From Neophaeotheca triangularis (Eukaryota): a stretch of 64,000 bases of DNA. Numbering within the stretch: position 1 is the first letter of the stretch; each line of letters starts with the position of its first letter. This document shows, in pieces, positions 35,065 to 46,677 of the stretch. Location of the stretch: the NCBI GenBank assembly GCA_054600435.1, contig BAAIJX010000065.1, forward strand, positions 1 to 64,000. Direction: 5' to 3'. The notes under the pieces were generated by a model, which saw only the letters and a program-made list of their open reading frames with translations, was not told the DNA's origin and made no database searches. Made by a program: the position numbers and the translations under genes.

Positions 35065-35922
35065 TCACGCCCCTTGCTTGAAGCCGAAGCCCCTCTCCCA
35101 ACGCCAAAAGCCTCGATCGTAACGCCAGAGACCAAGGCCGGTCACGGTACCCCAGTCGCCCTTGAAAGAGCTTTGGACTTCTTGCAAATACTTATCCACA
35201 ACAGTATCATCGTCGACTTTGTTGCAGATCGTATAGTGCACTCGACAGCCGCCAGCATCCTGCTCACTCAAAAACTTCTGAGGCAGCCACTCGTCCTGCA
35301 GCCGCTTGTGGATGTCTTGACATTTGCTGGCACCCTCGTGCTTGGGTATAGAGATTGCAATCCCCTTTTTCATTCTAAAGGGTTTAGCGGCGTGAACGCG
35401 GAATTCAGAAGTCTCGGCCGCGGTGATTTCCAGAGTCGGAATGATGGCATCCTCGAGTTTGCTCCCTGGCAAGGCGTGAAAAAGGGTCAGGTGAGCGGCT
35501 AATTTGTTGATCTTTTTGGGAAAGTATGAATTGCGGAGATTGGTCATTCTAATATGGTGTTCTTTGTCTGTCAGAAGCGTCAAGACGTAGACGTTGTCCT
35601 CGGGTGATTCTGTCTTGGGCACATGGGCAGGTGACGGCGAGCGTTTTGGTGGAGGTCTAGATTGCTTCGTATCAAGGTGCCCGCTGGCGCTGTTCTTGAC
35701 ATTACTTGGTGTGTTGAAAGACTGTTGCACAGAAGAGGCGTTCGAGCCTGGCCCCGAGGCTATCGAGGCGTAAGTCATGACTGTGCGAAAGACTGGAAAA
35801 GCGACTTGAGGTCTTTGGCAGTACCGCAGCCAGGGCAGCGACATCGATCGGCGAAGTTTTATGTGGGAATGGTTACAGAAAATGGAAACCAATGTGTGCG
35901 TAGGACTCGAGGTCGACCGCAT
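35065..35922 (-). CDS. 2H phosphoesterase (LigT / 2'-5' RNA ligase-like) family protein
   Basis: Two HxT motifs (AHLTLFH, VHYTICN). Alternative in-frame ATGs at 35844 and 35778. Confidence 0.82.
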   Translation of the reverse strand: MRSTSSPTHTLVSIFCNHSHIKLRRSMSLPWLRYCQRPQVAFPVFRTVMTYASIASGPGSNASSVQQSFNTPSNVKNSASGHLDTKQSRPPPKRSPSPAHVPKTESPEDNVYVLTLLTDKEHHIRMTNLRNSYFPKKINKLAAHLTLFHALPGSKLEDAIIPTLEITAAETSEFRVHAAKPFRMKKGIAISIPKHEGASKCQDIHKRLQDEWLPQKFLSEQDAGGCRVHYTICNKVDDDTVVDKYLQEVQSSFKGDWGTVTGLGLWRYDRGFWRWERGFGFKQGA

Positions 35923-36223
35923 CTGGAAATCTGCAATGTCATGACGTCGCTCAATGATCGGCAGGTACCCTTGCCCAATGCAGACTAGCTTCCGTCACAA
36001 GCGAGCATCGAGGTGAAGTTCACATTCCGGCCTCCTTACCACCGTAAAGACCTAGTTGGCTGGGCTGGTTAATGATCAATGTTTGGCTCGCTCAAGGCTG
36101 AAAGTATGTCCTATAAATTTCCCAGTCGATGTATCCTACGACCTCGTTCACCGTAATCACAGACCATTATCAATCCGATTCCTGCTCTCATCCCTTACCT
36201 GCGAATAGAACCAATGTATTTAC

Positions 36224-38581
36224 TTAAACCCTCGACTGTGAGAAAGAGGCCTGAGCAGTACTGCTTCTTCTCCGTGCGTCCTCAACGTCTCCGCCGAAGT
36301 ATCTCACTAGCTCGACATCCAGCTCCCGACCCGTCAGCCTGGGCATGTCATTGGCCCTCTTAACCGGGCTCACGCCGTCCGTATACGCTGAGGCGAAAAT
36401 GACATCGAGCTCTTCAAGAGAGCGACCCTAAAAAGCGCATTCGTATTAGCGGGGCAAAACCACCAAGACGTACATTTCGAGGGCACAAAAGCTTACCTTT
36501 GGCTCCGGGAAGAAGAAGTATACAGATGGGATGAGACATGCGCAGAAGACGGCGAACATGGTGTAGGTATTGTATCGCAGGTTGTCAAAAGCTGGCGGTG
36601 TAATCATGACGATCAAGAAGTTCGTGATCCCTGGGTTGGTTAGCGGACGTTCGATGTTCGGCACTGATTGTAGACTTACAATTTGAGCAAGTTGACAATG
36701 CATTTGCCTGTATTCTGACCTTTAGCGTATTTATCTCGGCCGGATATAACCACGCCATCCCTAACCAGCCAATGGCAAAGAACGTGTTGAAGCCGAAGAG
36801 GAAGATGGTCGCTACAACGCCATAGGTTGTTGAGAGAACGGGGGCATTGAATTCGTTGATTGTTGCTGTCGACGATGTTCCAGAGAGGATGGCCATAGAG
36901 GACATCATGCCAAAGGCACCGAACAGCATCTAACATGGACCGTCAGTTGCTGGACTAGAGGGGAAATTTTGAGGCAAATTTTGAGGCAAATTTTTCTTAC
37001 CAATTTACGCCTTCCAACACGTTCGATCAACGGGACCGCTACCAGACTGGCAAGCCAGTACTCCGTTCCGTTCAGGGCAGAGAGTAGTCGAGACATCTGG
37101 GGTCCGAAGCCGAGGGAGTTTTCGAATACGTAGGTGGCGTAGTAAGTGATCAGGTTGATACCGCAGATTTGCTGGCTAAACAGGATTCAGTCTTCGGGTT
37201 TGGGAGCTCAAGGCTTGCATGACCTACAAAAACTGGACTGCAATTCCAAGCAATACTCGGCGACGAGTCTGCGACGGTCCTCCTTTCATAAGGTCGCTCA
37301 TCTTAAAGCCGCCATCACCCTGCGCATCAAGGGCTTCTTGGATATTAGTCATTTCGATGTCGACTTCTTCCGAGTCGTAGTCTCGATCGCTCAGGCGTGC
37401 GACTATAGTCCGGGCTTCGTAGGTGCGACCACGCATGAGGAGCCATCGGGGAGAGTCTGGCAGGTAGCAGAGACCTAGCATGACTAATAGGGTGAAGAAG
37501 GATTGGCTTGACGTGGTCAGATCATTTCCAGAGGTGACAAGGGAAGGGGCTACTTACAACATGATCGGAAATCGCCAGCGGACGGTACCCTCGAGGAAAT
37601 AAAAACCGTAGTCAACCCAGTACTACAAGGCACTTCATCAGCCTGTGAATCTGTAGGTTGACCAGCATATTTGCGACTTACCGCAACCATGATACCTAGA
37701 ACGACGATGCCTCCTGAGATGATAAGGTACCTGCCGCGCTTCTCAGGCTTTGCGCATTCGGACTGCCACGTGGGAATGGCTAGGCCGAGTGTTAGCTTGA
37801 TTGTCGAGCTCAATTGCATGGCTTTCACTTACTAGCAGTACAAACTCCGTTCCCGATACCGCCTATCACTCGTCCTGCGACAAACAGACCATAATTCATC
37901 GCCGCAGCTTGCAAAATGGTTCCGATGATCATGACGATGGATCCGTAGAAGGTGGAGGACTTTCGACCCCAGACTTCGCCGAAGAAAAGAATCAGGATCG
38001 CCCCCATGAAACAACTGGGACCCGTCAGTATGCATTATTAGAGTCACTTGGAACGCAGAAGTGCCAACTCAAGAAGCTCAAACTCACCCTATCTGATAGA
38101 TGGCAACAGCAGCTGCTTGCGTACTCGGACTCCCCGTGCACATGCTCTCATCTCTGACAGTATTCTCAGGAGAGTCCAGCCAGCAAAGATCGTTATTACG
38201 CTCCAGCGGTGTCATTAAGGGCAGCACACGCTGGAAGTCATCGAGAGTGAGAAGGGCGGAAAGCACTCCTTGATCGTAACTGTACCGCATCAGTAAGCGC
38301 ACTTATTCTGGCTCCATGGCCGCAGAACATGATACGCACCCAAACATGAAAAGCCCGCAGGATGCAACGTAGAGAATCGAGCGCTGCAGGGTGTTCCCTC
38401 GTAGTTCCTTGCCAAAGAACTTCCATTCTGGGAGGTTTCCGAGACCGGACAGAGCACCTAGGATGCCGCTGGATTGCTTTGGCGCATCTTGAGGGCGAGT
38501 CGAGTGGCTTTTGTCTTCCACCTGACGTGTGGGAGAGTCAGCGCCATCACCTTCGAGCTTCTTCTCGCCGGTGTCAGCCAT
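36224..38581 (-). CDS. Sugar porter MFS transporter (Stl1-like), 10 exons
   Basis: Introns 38280-38339, 38015-38087, 37780-37832, 37623-37681, 37507-37557, 37176-37227, 36930-37000, 36631-36679 and 36428-36496 give one frame with FGYDQG, WGRK, PTWQSE, PDSPRWL, QQICGIN, WLYPAE and PEPKGRSLEE. Confidence 0.92.
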
Positions 38582-38764
38582 GTCGAGGAGCTGTGTAGTC
38601 TACTGCAATGCTTCGTCCGGTCTGTAGAGGTACCACTTAGAGATGCTTGCCAGCTGGGGTATATAGGAGCGAACAAGAAAGATGAAGGTGGGTTATTTCT
38701 AAAGTCGGAAGCTGGAAATGGGTTACTCATGAAGGTACCGCGCAATCGGGTCACTTTCGGGTCC

Positions 38765-38772
38765 TTTATATA
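38765..38772 (-). promoter_or_regulatory. Candidate TATA box of the sugar transporter
   Basis: TATATAAA on the minus strand about 185 bp upstream of the ATG. Confidence 0.45.
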
Positions 38773-39881
38773 TCGTGCGAGAAGGGCGCGATTCGGGAGA
38801 TGTATTTTGCCGCCACCGACCACTCATTCCCATTGGCATACCTTCATGGAATCCTTCCGCTACATTAAGGTAGGTATCTGCATATGATCATGGCAATGAC
38901 GCATCGTCGCAGCTGTCTCGCATGCGTGAAGGTGGTGGGAGCACTAGTCATGCCTCCGTGTACCTTTACCAATTCGCTCCGTAAACAACTACCCGGTAGT
39001 TGCGCCAAGCACGCGAGCGAAGTTATTACCGGTGGGTACAAGGGCATTGGGGAGCAGGATGGGGGGGTGGGCGCGATGCTCTCGGATTTTATCTCTCGCA
39101 ATTGGTCACCACGTTACACACCCGGATAGTGGTCCACTCACGTCGCGAGGGATAATCTGGTCTGAAAGCACAGTCTCAGGCCGACGGATTTGAACGATGT
39201 ATTCAATATACCGTGTGAAATTAGAAGAGGTTTCGTTGGCATAATAATAAACTTGTCAGATGATCACGTCCGACCTCGTCGGCCAGCTTAATCCCACATC
39301 GAGATAATTTGTCGAGCTATAGATGCTCTGATGTGATCCAAGACGCATGCCTAGCAGAGGGGTTGAGCAGTTTTCGCATCTTCGAGAAGCTTGCCCAGTG
39401 GCTGTCGTGGCGCTTATAAGCTACGCAAAGCGGCTGGCAGCGCATTCGTCAGATTCCTTCGATTCTCGCCTACAAATCACGTGTTCTCTCGCGAACTCGC
39501 TGACGAGTGTAATGTGAAGGTGCCTCTGAGCACTGTACATCACGCGACAATTCGGAGTTTGTCTAGCGAAGCAGGAAGTACAGACTTATTAGGTGTCAAG
39601 TAAAGAGGACGTGATGTTGGGAGGGGTGATGTTGTCGGCTATATCCGGACGCCCGAAGAGAGCTAACGCACATTAAGCGAGGATCACGGTTTGAACGAAC
39701 GGACACCTTTGGCATCTACCACGTGATCTATCTAGGTAGGTACTAGTATCCATGGATCAATCGAAAGGAACCGACCCTACAACGTCACTTCACCATCTAA
39801 CAAGGTTGCATCCCTTCTTGACGGGCGAATCGAGACCGGAACAGCCAGGTCGCGTACAGCTCACAACTTGAACACAACACA

Positions 39882-40763
39882 ATGCTGTCTTCAGGTTTCA
39901 CCAATGCCCCTGTCACCCGGCTCCTAGTCATCGCCGTGGTCCTCAACTCTTTCCTCGCTACTATTACGGATACCAAGGTCTTCTGCTGGATCGAGGTTAG
40001 ACCACATCTCCTGGACTATCACCAAATCTGGCGCTTTGTCACCTGGCAGCTATGCTATACCAACAGCACCGAGGTGCTATTTGCAGCAATGACACTGTAC
40101 TCGCTACGGATCATCGAACGTCTCTGGGGCAGTAGGAAATTCGCAGTATGCATCCCAAACAACTCATCTACGCACCTAGAGGCGAGGTTGGCTGATAGGC
40201 AAGTAATGTAGTCTTTCTTAGCCTCGACCTTTCTCTACACTACTCTCTTACCGCCAATTCTCCTTGCCGTTTTCGTTCGGCCGCTCACATTTGGCCGTAT
40301 CAACTATCTCCCAGCCGGGCCGACACCAATGATATTCGCTCTGCTCGCTCAATATCATGCGGCAATTCCGTACCACTACAAATATCGCCTATCTGCCCCT
40401 GCCCCTCCAGGAACCTCAGCGAATCAAGAATACGGCATGATGCTCACGTCGAAGTCGACCTCATACCTGCTCCCACTACAGCTCGCACTTTCCCAGCTTC
40501 CTGGTTCAGCCATTGCGGCAGGCGTTGGCTGGCTAATTGGTTTTGCCCATCGGAGGGAATTGCTACCTGGGACGACCAGCTGGAGGGTGCCGGCGTGGAT
40601 GGTGGGTGCAGACGGGCAAAAAGAGCGCTATGATAGTTTGAGGCGAAGGATGGAGGGCGAGGCCGGGAGAGCTACTGGAACGGACAATGCGGAGAACAGA
40701 GAGCAGGTCAGGAGAAGGGGTATGGTTGGAGGGCTGGTGGATCAATTCAGGGGTGCATTTTAG
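39882..40763 (+). CDS. DSC2: Dsc2/UBAC2-like rhomboid-fold subunit of the Dsc E3 ligase; intron 40146-40211
   Basis: SGFTNAPVTR, QIWR, EVLFAAMTLY.LR.IERLWGSRKFAS and LPAGPT.MIFALLAQY..AIP..YKY. Confidence 0.78.
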
Positions 40764-41128
40764 CAGAAGACTGTATGCGCAAGTGCTTTGCGAAAGCTCC
40801 CTGTTCCAGCGGTTGCGACTTACTTGAATGCAACCTCGGACGTGCTGTTACGACGAGGCCTGGATAGGTGTCGAAAACTATCATCCGGGTGTCACGCTAC
40901 TTTCCGAAAAATGGTCCTCCACATCCCGACTGAGTTCAATGGGAGACCCCGATCATCAGAACCCCGCCATACCACGCATTGCTCCGGACCCCTGCGTCTC
41001 CACCGAGATGCATACAGTTAAAATACCACTCCGCTTTACTCCGCAAATCGCACTTCAGCATTCGCTATTGGAACGAGCATGCGGCGGCCTCGATTGCGCA
41101 TGACCGTCGTCTCCAGTTGCTGGAAGGG

Positions 41129-41134
41129 TATAAA
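41129..41134 (+). promoter_or_regulatory. Candidate TATA box of the GH30 gene
   Basis: TATAAA about 60 bp upstream of ATG 41193. Confidence 0.45.
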
Positions 41135-41192
41135 GGTAAAGCCAGGATGCTCCCTAGCTTGGGGGGCGCCAACCTGATTACACCTCCTCACA

Positions 41193-42746
41193 ATGTTTCT
41201 CTCTGGAACCCAAGCTGCCGTCTTGCCACTTGCGTTGGTCGCTTTGGCGCACGCCAATGTAGTGTCCCTCGATAAAGAGCCCAAGCAAACCATTGAGTCG
41301 TTTGGTGCGTCTGGAGCATGGTGGCCAAACGATCTCCACCTCTTCCCAGCCGATGCACAAGACAAGCTTGCCAACTTCCTCTTCTCAGAGGACGGAATCC
41401 ATCTCTCGTCTTACAGGTACAATGTAGGCGGAGACGGCGGGCCTGAAGACTCGGAGCGAGTATGGAACACTGAGGAGGCCCATCGAGTCGAATCTTTCCT
41501 CCTTCGTAACGGTACCTACGATTGGTCTCGCGACGCGGGAGGCGTCAATTTCCTCAGGCGGGCCCAGCACTATGCGGTTCCGTACATCATGTTCTTTCTC
41601 AACGCCGCCCCCTCTCACATTGCTGACATCGGCGCCTCTTGCGGCTGGAACCTTACTGCTCCCAAGATACCCGAATTCGTCGAGTATATGCAAACCGTCC
41701 TCTCCCATTGGACAGAAGAAGGCATCGACATCAAGTACATTAGCCCAATGAACGAGCCCGATTACGACCGCGAGGGTTGCTCACAAGAAGGAATGGCGGT
41801 AGGCCCCGGGCTCCGCTCCGACGTCTTCCAAAACCTCTCCAAAACCCTTTCCAACGAGCCTACTACTCGAAAAATCGGCGTTATGGGCGACGAAATCAGC
41901 CAAGTAACAACCCAAGCCATGCCCTCGTACCCTATCTGGCTACCCTCTTCCCTCTCCTCGCTCTCAAGAATCGCCATCCACAACTATGATTTCCCCAATG
42001 ACACTTCCCTCGCCGTCTACCGCTCCCAAGTCCTAGAACTCACAGACAACAACCCCCCACCAATCAAATTCACCGAAACCTGCTGCTCCACCAACAACGG
42101 CACCGGCTCCGATGTCTTCGGCGTACAATACGACCCCACCATGACTAACGCCCTCATTGTCGCGCGCTACATCTGGCAGTTCCTGACGATCGTGCAAGCC
42201 GAAAGTTTCGACTGGTGGACTGCTGTCACTTACCTCCCGTGCTCTCCGGCCATCGATGGTCCGCAATGTTACCGCGAGGTCAACGAGACCGCCGGATACA
42301 ATTCCGGACTCGTGTATATCGACCAAAACTACAACACCACCGGGGACTACGGCTTGTACTACACCAAGCGCGCGTTCATGATGAAGCACTACGCGCACTT
42401 CCATCGCCCCGGCGCGACGAGGTTCGAAGTCCCGCAGGAGCAGCTACCGGTCGGCGTCAATGCTTTCGCTTCTCGCGCTGGCGGTGAGAGGGAGAAGCAC
42501 GGGTACGGGCGCGGTCACGGCAAGGGCGAGAAGCAGTCGTGGAGTGTGCTTTTCATGAACCATGAGGCCGAGGCTGTGGAAGTGCAATTCCGTTTGCCTT
42601 CGGAGCGTGCGAGGCTGGAGCGGATTGTCAGGACTACGCCGGATAGTGATTGGGAGGTTTTGGAACGGTCGCCGAAAGCGAGGCAGGGGGTTGTGTGGTT
42701 TGAATTGCCTGCGCAGAGTTTGGTTACTTTGAGGATCGTGGAGTAA
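41193..42746 (+). CDS. Secreted glycoside hydrolase family 30 (endo-beta-1,6-galactanase-like)
   Basis: Signal peptide, QTIESFGASGAWW, LSSYRYNVGG, acid/base ISPMNEP, nucleophile FTET and C-terminal LPAQSLVT. Intronless. Confidence 0.85.
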   Translation: MFLSGTQAAVLPLALVALAHANVVSLDKEPKQTIESFGASGAWWPNDLHLFPADAQDKLANFLFSEDGIHLSSYRYNVGGDGGPEDSERVWNTEEAHRVESFLLRNGTYDWSRDAGGVNFLRRAQHYAVPYIMFFLNAAPSHIADIGASCGWNLTAPKIPEFVEYMQTVLSHWTEEGIDIKYISPMNEPDYDREGCSQEGMAVGPGLRSDVFQNLSKTLSNEPTTRKIGVMGDEISQVTTQAMPSYPIWLPSSLSSLSRIAIHNYDFPNDTSLAVYRSQVLELTDNNPPPIKFTETCCSTNNGTGSDVFGVQYDPTMTNALIVARYIWQFLTIVQAESFDWWTAVTYLPCSPAIDGPQCYREVNETAGYNSGLVYIDQNYNTTGDYGLYYTKRAFMMKHYAHFHRPGATRFEVPQEQLPVGVNAFASRAGGEREKHGYGRGHGKGEKQSWSVLFMNHEAEAVEVQFRLPSERARLERIVRTTPDSDWEVLERSPKARQGVVWFELPAQSLVTLRIVE

Positions 42747-43019
42747 GGTCATGTCCTCCCTGCTAGAGGAGCCGTGGAGTCAGTCGGATGTGTTGCTATC
42801 AATGCCAGTATGAAGCGAAAAGTCGGCCAGTGAGAGAGTCTCCGGATAGTTGCATAATTTTTGGCAGCTCAATACACCGCCAATCGTCATGCAGGTATTG
42901 CAATTTTCATCGACCGAATTTCCTTCGACCTTCCCGCCTCATCCGCTAGCAGGTACTCGTTGACCTTCAAGACGTTCAGCAGTGCTCTCGACCGGCCTGA
43001 TGTAGTATAAAGCACTTTC

Positions 43020-44732
43020 ATGTTGGAGGGCGCTTGCTGCAATGTTTGCACGAAGGCCTATTGTACCGAATCCGTGGTCCTGTCGTCGATCTATCCGAAG
43101 CCATCAATAACGACGAAGCGGAGCCTCGGTGCCACTTTTAGCAAGGCAACTGACAATACTTGGAGCGTGTATGTCGTGCGAGTCCAGGAAAAGACCGCCT
43201 TGAAAGACGCTTCGGGTCTCGTTCGTTATGGGATTGTTTAGCTTTTTCGAAAGTTGGTCGGCCAAAGGAGGAAAACGCTCCGTGTCGAATTCGAACAGGG
43301 CTACATGTAGCATACTGGCAACTCCGTCGAGTTCCCGCATCGTCAAATCAATGCCCAAGTCATGATCGACGGGAGAATATTCTGGGCGGAGAAATCTGCA
43401 GGATAAGATCGGATTATATACACGGTTCGAGCAACAGTAGCGGATCTGGCGCCTCAAGATGTGAAAGCGCCGCGTGCACCGCTAAGGGATTGGATATTGC
43501 GCCGCCAGTAGCTCCATTCGCTGACTATAGGGACATACCTCCGAAGGCAGTGTCCCAGATAACCGACCATCAGTGCCTCCTGTTCCAGCGAAACTTGATG
43601 GTTTATGGTTTCGAAATCCGAAGGTGGGAATGTGTGAATGTGCAGAAGCTGACTCCGGCAAGATTCAAGCCGAAAATACTGGACACTCTAGTCATGAGCG
43701 AGAACCGCAAGAATCTTCTCAAAGCATTGGCCAAAAATTACAGGTTGAAAGAAGGCGTGGTCAGGGCTACTGGAGCGCTGATTTCGTGGAAGGCAAGGGC
43801 AAGTCGTTAGAATTACTCCTGCACGGTTCGCCAAGCAAGTCCTCAATTGCTTAGACGTTTGGCCTGGCTACTACCATGCCTCCTTAGGAACTGGTGAACC
43901 ACCAATCTCTTGGTGGGAACGAGCTTTGGTTGCTGACCTTTCTTGACAGGCAAAACGTACACAGCCGATACGGTGGCACATCACACTTGCAGACCTCTCA
44001 TAACACTTACTGCCGCCGACACTGGCACAGATCCTGACAAATTAGAAAGTAAGCGGTTTAAGCAGAGACATCTTCAAGTCTATCCGTCTAATCCGAGATC
44101 TAGAGAGTCTTGCTTACAATTTCAACATCGCACGTGCATGGGGTGCCATACTGCTCATCGATGAGGCAGAGATATAGATCGAATGACGGTCTTCGACAGG
44201 TCTGAGGCGCAATAGCCTCGTGGTCGGCTTTCTGCGCGCACTTAAAAGGCTCAAGGGCATGCTTTTCCTGACCACCAACCGCGTTGGAACGTTCAAGTTC
44301 AACGACGCCCTTTTATCCCGTATTCACGTCAAACTTTTCTATCCTGACCTCTCAGAGTCCGATCGTACTAAGATCTGGAAATTATTGATTGGCAAACTTA
44401 GCGACGAGCGGGGGGACACTATGCGAGTGACCATCGATGCTAAGGATTACATCGCAAGCAAAGCCCTGCACAAGCTGGGACTTAGGCTCAATGGCCGGGA
44501 GATTACGAACGCCTTCCAAACTACCGTTGCTCTGGCGGAGTTTTAGGGCACACAGGATGAAGAGGGAAGGGTTTTGGTGCTCGATCATCATTTGCGGCAG
44601 GTCATGGAGATAAGTCGCAACTTCAAGCAGTACCTTGAGAAGCTACACATTGGCGACGAGACTAAGAGGGCAGAAAGAGAGGGGGAAAGGCTGGATGCTG
44701 TTGCCGGGGCTGAGTCGGACGAGGATGAATAG
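43020..44732 (+). pseudogene. Degraded fungal AAA+ ATPase gene
   Basis: Remnants of LDTLVM, WSADFVEGKGK..LLHGSP/GKTYTA (Walker A), LLIDEA (Walker B), FLTTNRVG and LNGREITNAFQT. In-frame stops at 44175, 44184 and 44544, and a frameshift near 43770. The 5' boundary is approximate. Confidence 0.85.
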
Positions 44733-46415
44733 CCAATGGGAGGCTAGTGATCTGACAGCTCTCATTGGGTCCCTTTTTGGGTCGAAGACGTGCGACTTTC
44801 GGTATTTCTAATAGCAGTGGCTGGGATTGATCCTTCTATAAAGTAAGAGTTTGTAGTAACGATCATAATGACTCAAAAGTGGCAGTCTGCTCCGGTCTCC
44901 TGGCCTTCATTGGGAGAAGTCAGAGGAAAGCGCGGAGAAGGCGGAGTGCGAGGGGTGCACCGTAATGCACAGGTGACCGCTGTGGTCGCTACTCTTGCCC
45001 CGACGAGTCGTGATCTCAAGTCTTGTCTGGAGCAGCTTTACTTCTGGGATGGGAGCGAGAGGGCTGAGAGGAAGAGGCTGGATGCGCCCTCGGGGCTGGA
45101 GAGAGACCGGGAAGGTGAGCGGCGCGCAGGCCAGCGTTCCGAGATCTTTCGCACGTCTCAGAGCAGAGTCTTCTCCGGGTCGTGACGTTGGAGTTTCGAC
45201 TGCGTTAATCGAGGTTGGGTCGCTCGTGAGAGAGAGCGAAATAACAAGTTGACGACGTGAAGCTCGCCAGTCTGCTCAGACTTCCTATCACCGACCGGCA
45301 GGTAAGCGAGGGTAGGTATCATCGGCGGACGGGTCTTCAACATGCACGAAACCAGGACTAGGGATAGATAAGCCATGACCGACCCTGAGAGTGATTCATG
45401 CCTAGAACTTTCCATATCCTAGGCTAGTCAGTATTTGCTCGTTGGCAGTTTCTCCGCGGCGGTGGTGCCTAGTGACTACCTAGCTGTTCGGGCAATACAG
45501 CCAGTACAGGCCTCGATAGTCCGGTCCATGCTGGCACGTCTTGAAGGCTGAAGGAAACCAATTCGCTGGGAACGGCTCTTTTACTCCTGGTTCTGCAGAT
45601 ACTTGAGCACACTGGCAGACTAACATTGTGGTATCGCCGGACCCCAACCGGTGTCTTGGTTATCACGGAGGTGTTTCTGCCATTACACCTACGCCTCGTT
45701 GAATTTTCATTGGGTTCTGTCGAGAAAAATGAAGATGTCGATGGATATCGCGATGTCCCTGCACGAACATAATGGCCGAGCCCAGAACCCCTGCAGAACT
45801 TGCCGAGGAGTGCAGACCAAAGCTCGTATCGAGCTCATGACAGCCATACCAGCAGCCAGCAAGGATCTCAAATCTACGTCCACCAGTATGGCCGCAGCGA
45901 CAGGCTACTTTGCGAGTCTTTGCGCGTAGGTCGCCCCGTATTTTGAGACTGCTATGTTAGCAGCCGCCTGCTATTAGCCGAGGCCAGGCGTCATAGGTTC
46001 AATACCGCTGGAGTGCGGTGGTGCTTCGAGCTGGTGGTGTGGAGCGAAGGGACGGTGTGGAAACCGCCCTCGAGAGTCAAGAAGTCAAATTGGTTCCTGG
46101 CGAGATCTGTTCGGTGGTGGTTATCAATCCGTCGATGTGATGCAAGTAGTGTTCATAGCCTTTTCTTAGAGCTAATGCATGATCTTGGTCCGCTCCCAGC
46201 CCAGTATGAGGCTTAGCACGGACCTGAGCGTTGCTGGTAGTCGCTGTCGCAGTCCTGTTTCGGCAGCGTAGAAGCCCTCAATGCTTCCATGATCATCTAG
46301 GAGAAAACGCCAGGGACCCAATGCTAGGTCTTTCTGGGCTTTGAACGTTCTTCCAATCCGCCATCCTTTTGTCCAAGAGGAGGCCTACCAAGACCAGACG
46401 AAAAATGTTTGACGG

Positions 46416-46443
46416 GTGAAAAGTGAAAAGTGAAAAGTGAAAG
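46416..46443. repeat. (GTGAAAA)n heptamer repeat downstream of ATP1
   Basis: About four tandem copies are directly visible. Confidence 0.85.
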
Positions 46444-46677
46444 AAGTGACGAATGAAGCAAATACAAAGGAAACAAGGTACTCGCGTATCTACAAGTCAC
46501 CCAACCACCAGCCTCGGCATCCCCACGCGTCTGATAGCACCCGTAGAGCTGGCTAGGGAAGATATTCGCTTGAAAAAATCCTCTCTACGAGCTGGGTACA
46601 CTTATTGTACTATACACGTTCTCTCTCCTTCCGCCTCAAACCCCAAACTTTCAACTCAATCCGAAAACTTCGCTCCT

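Noticed and set aside
45200..46400. Short ORFs and a minus-strand GTATTG..GCTAAC..CAG intron-like signal near 45950-46005
   Set aside because: Splicing did not yield a convincing reading frame.
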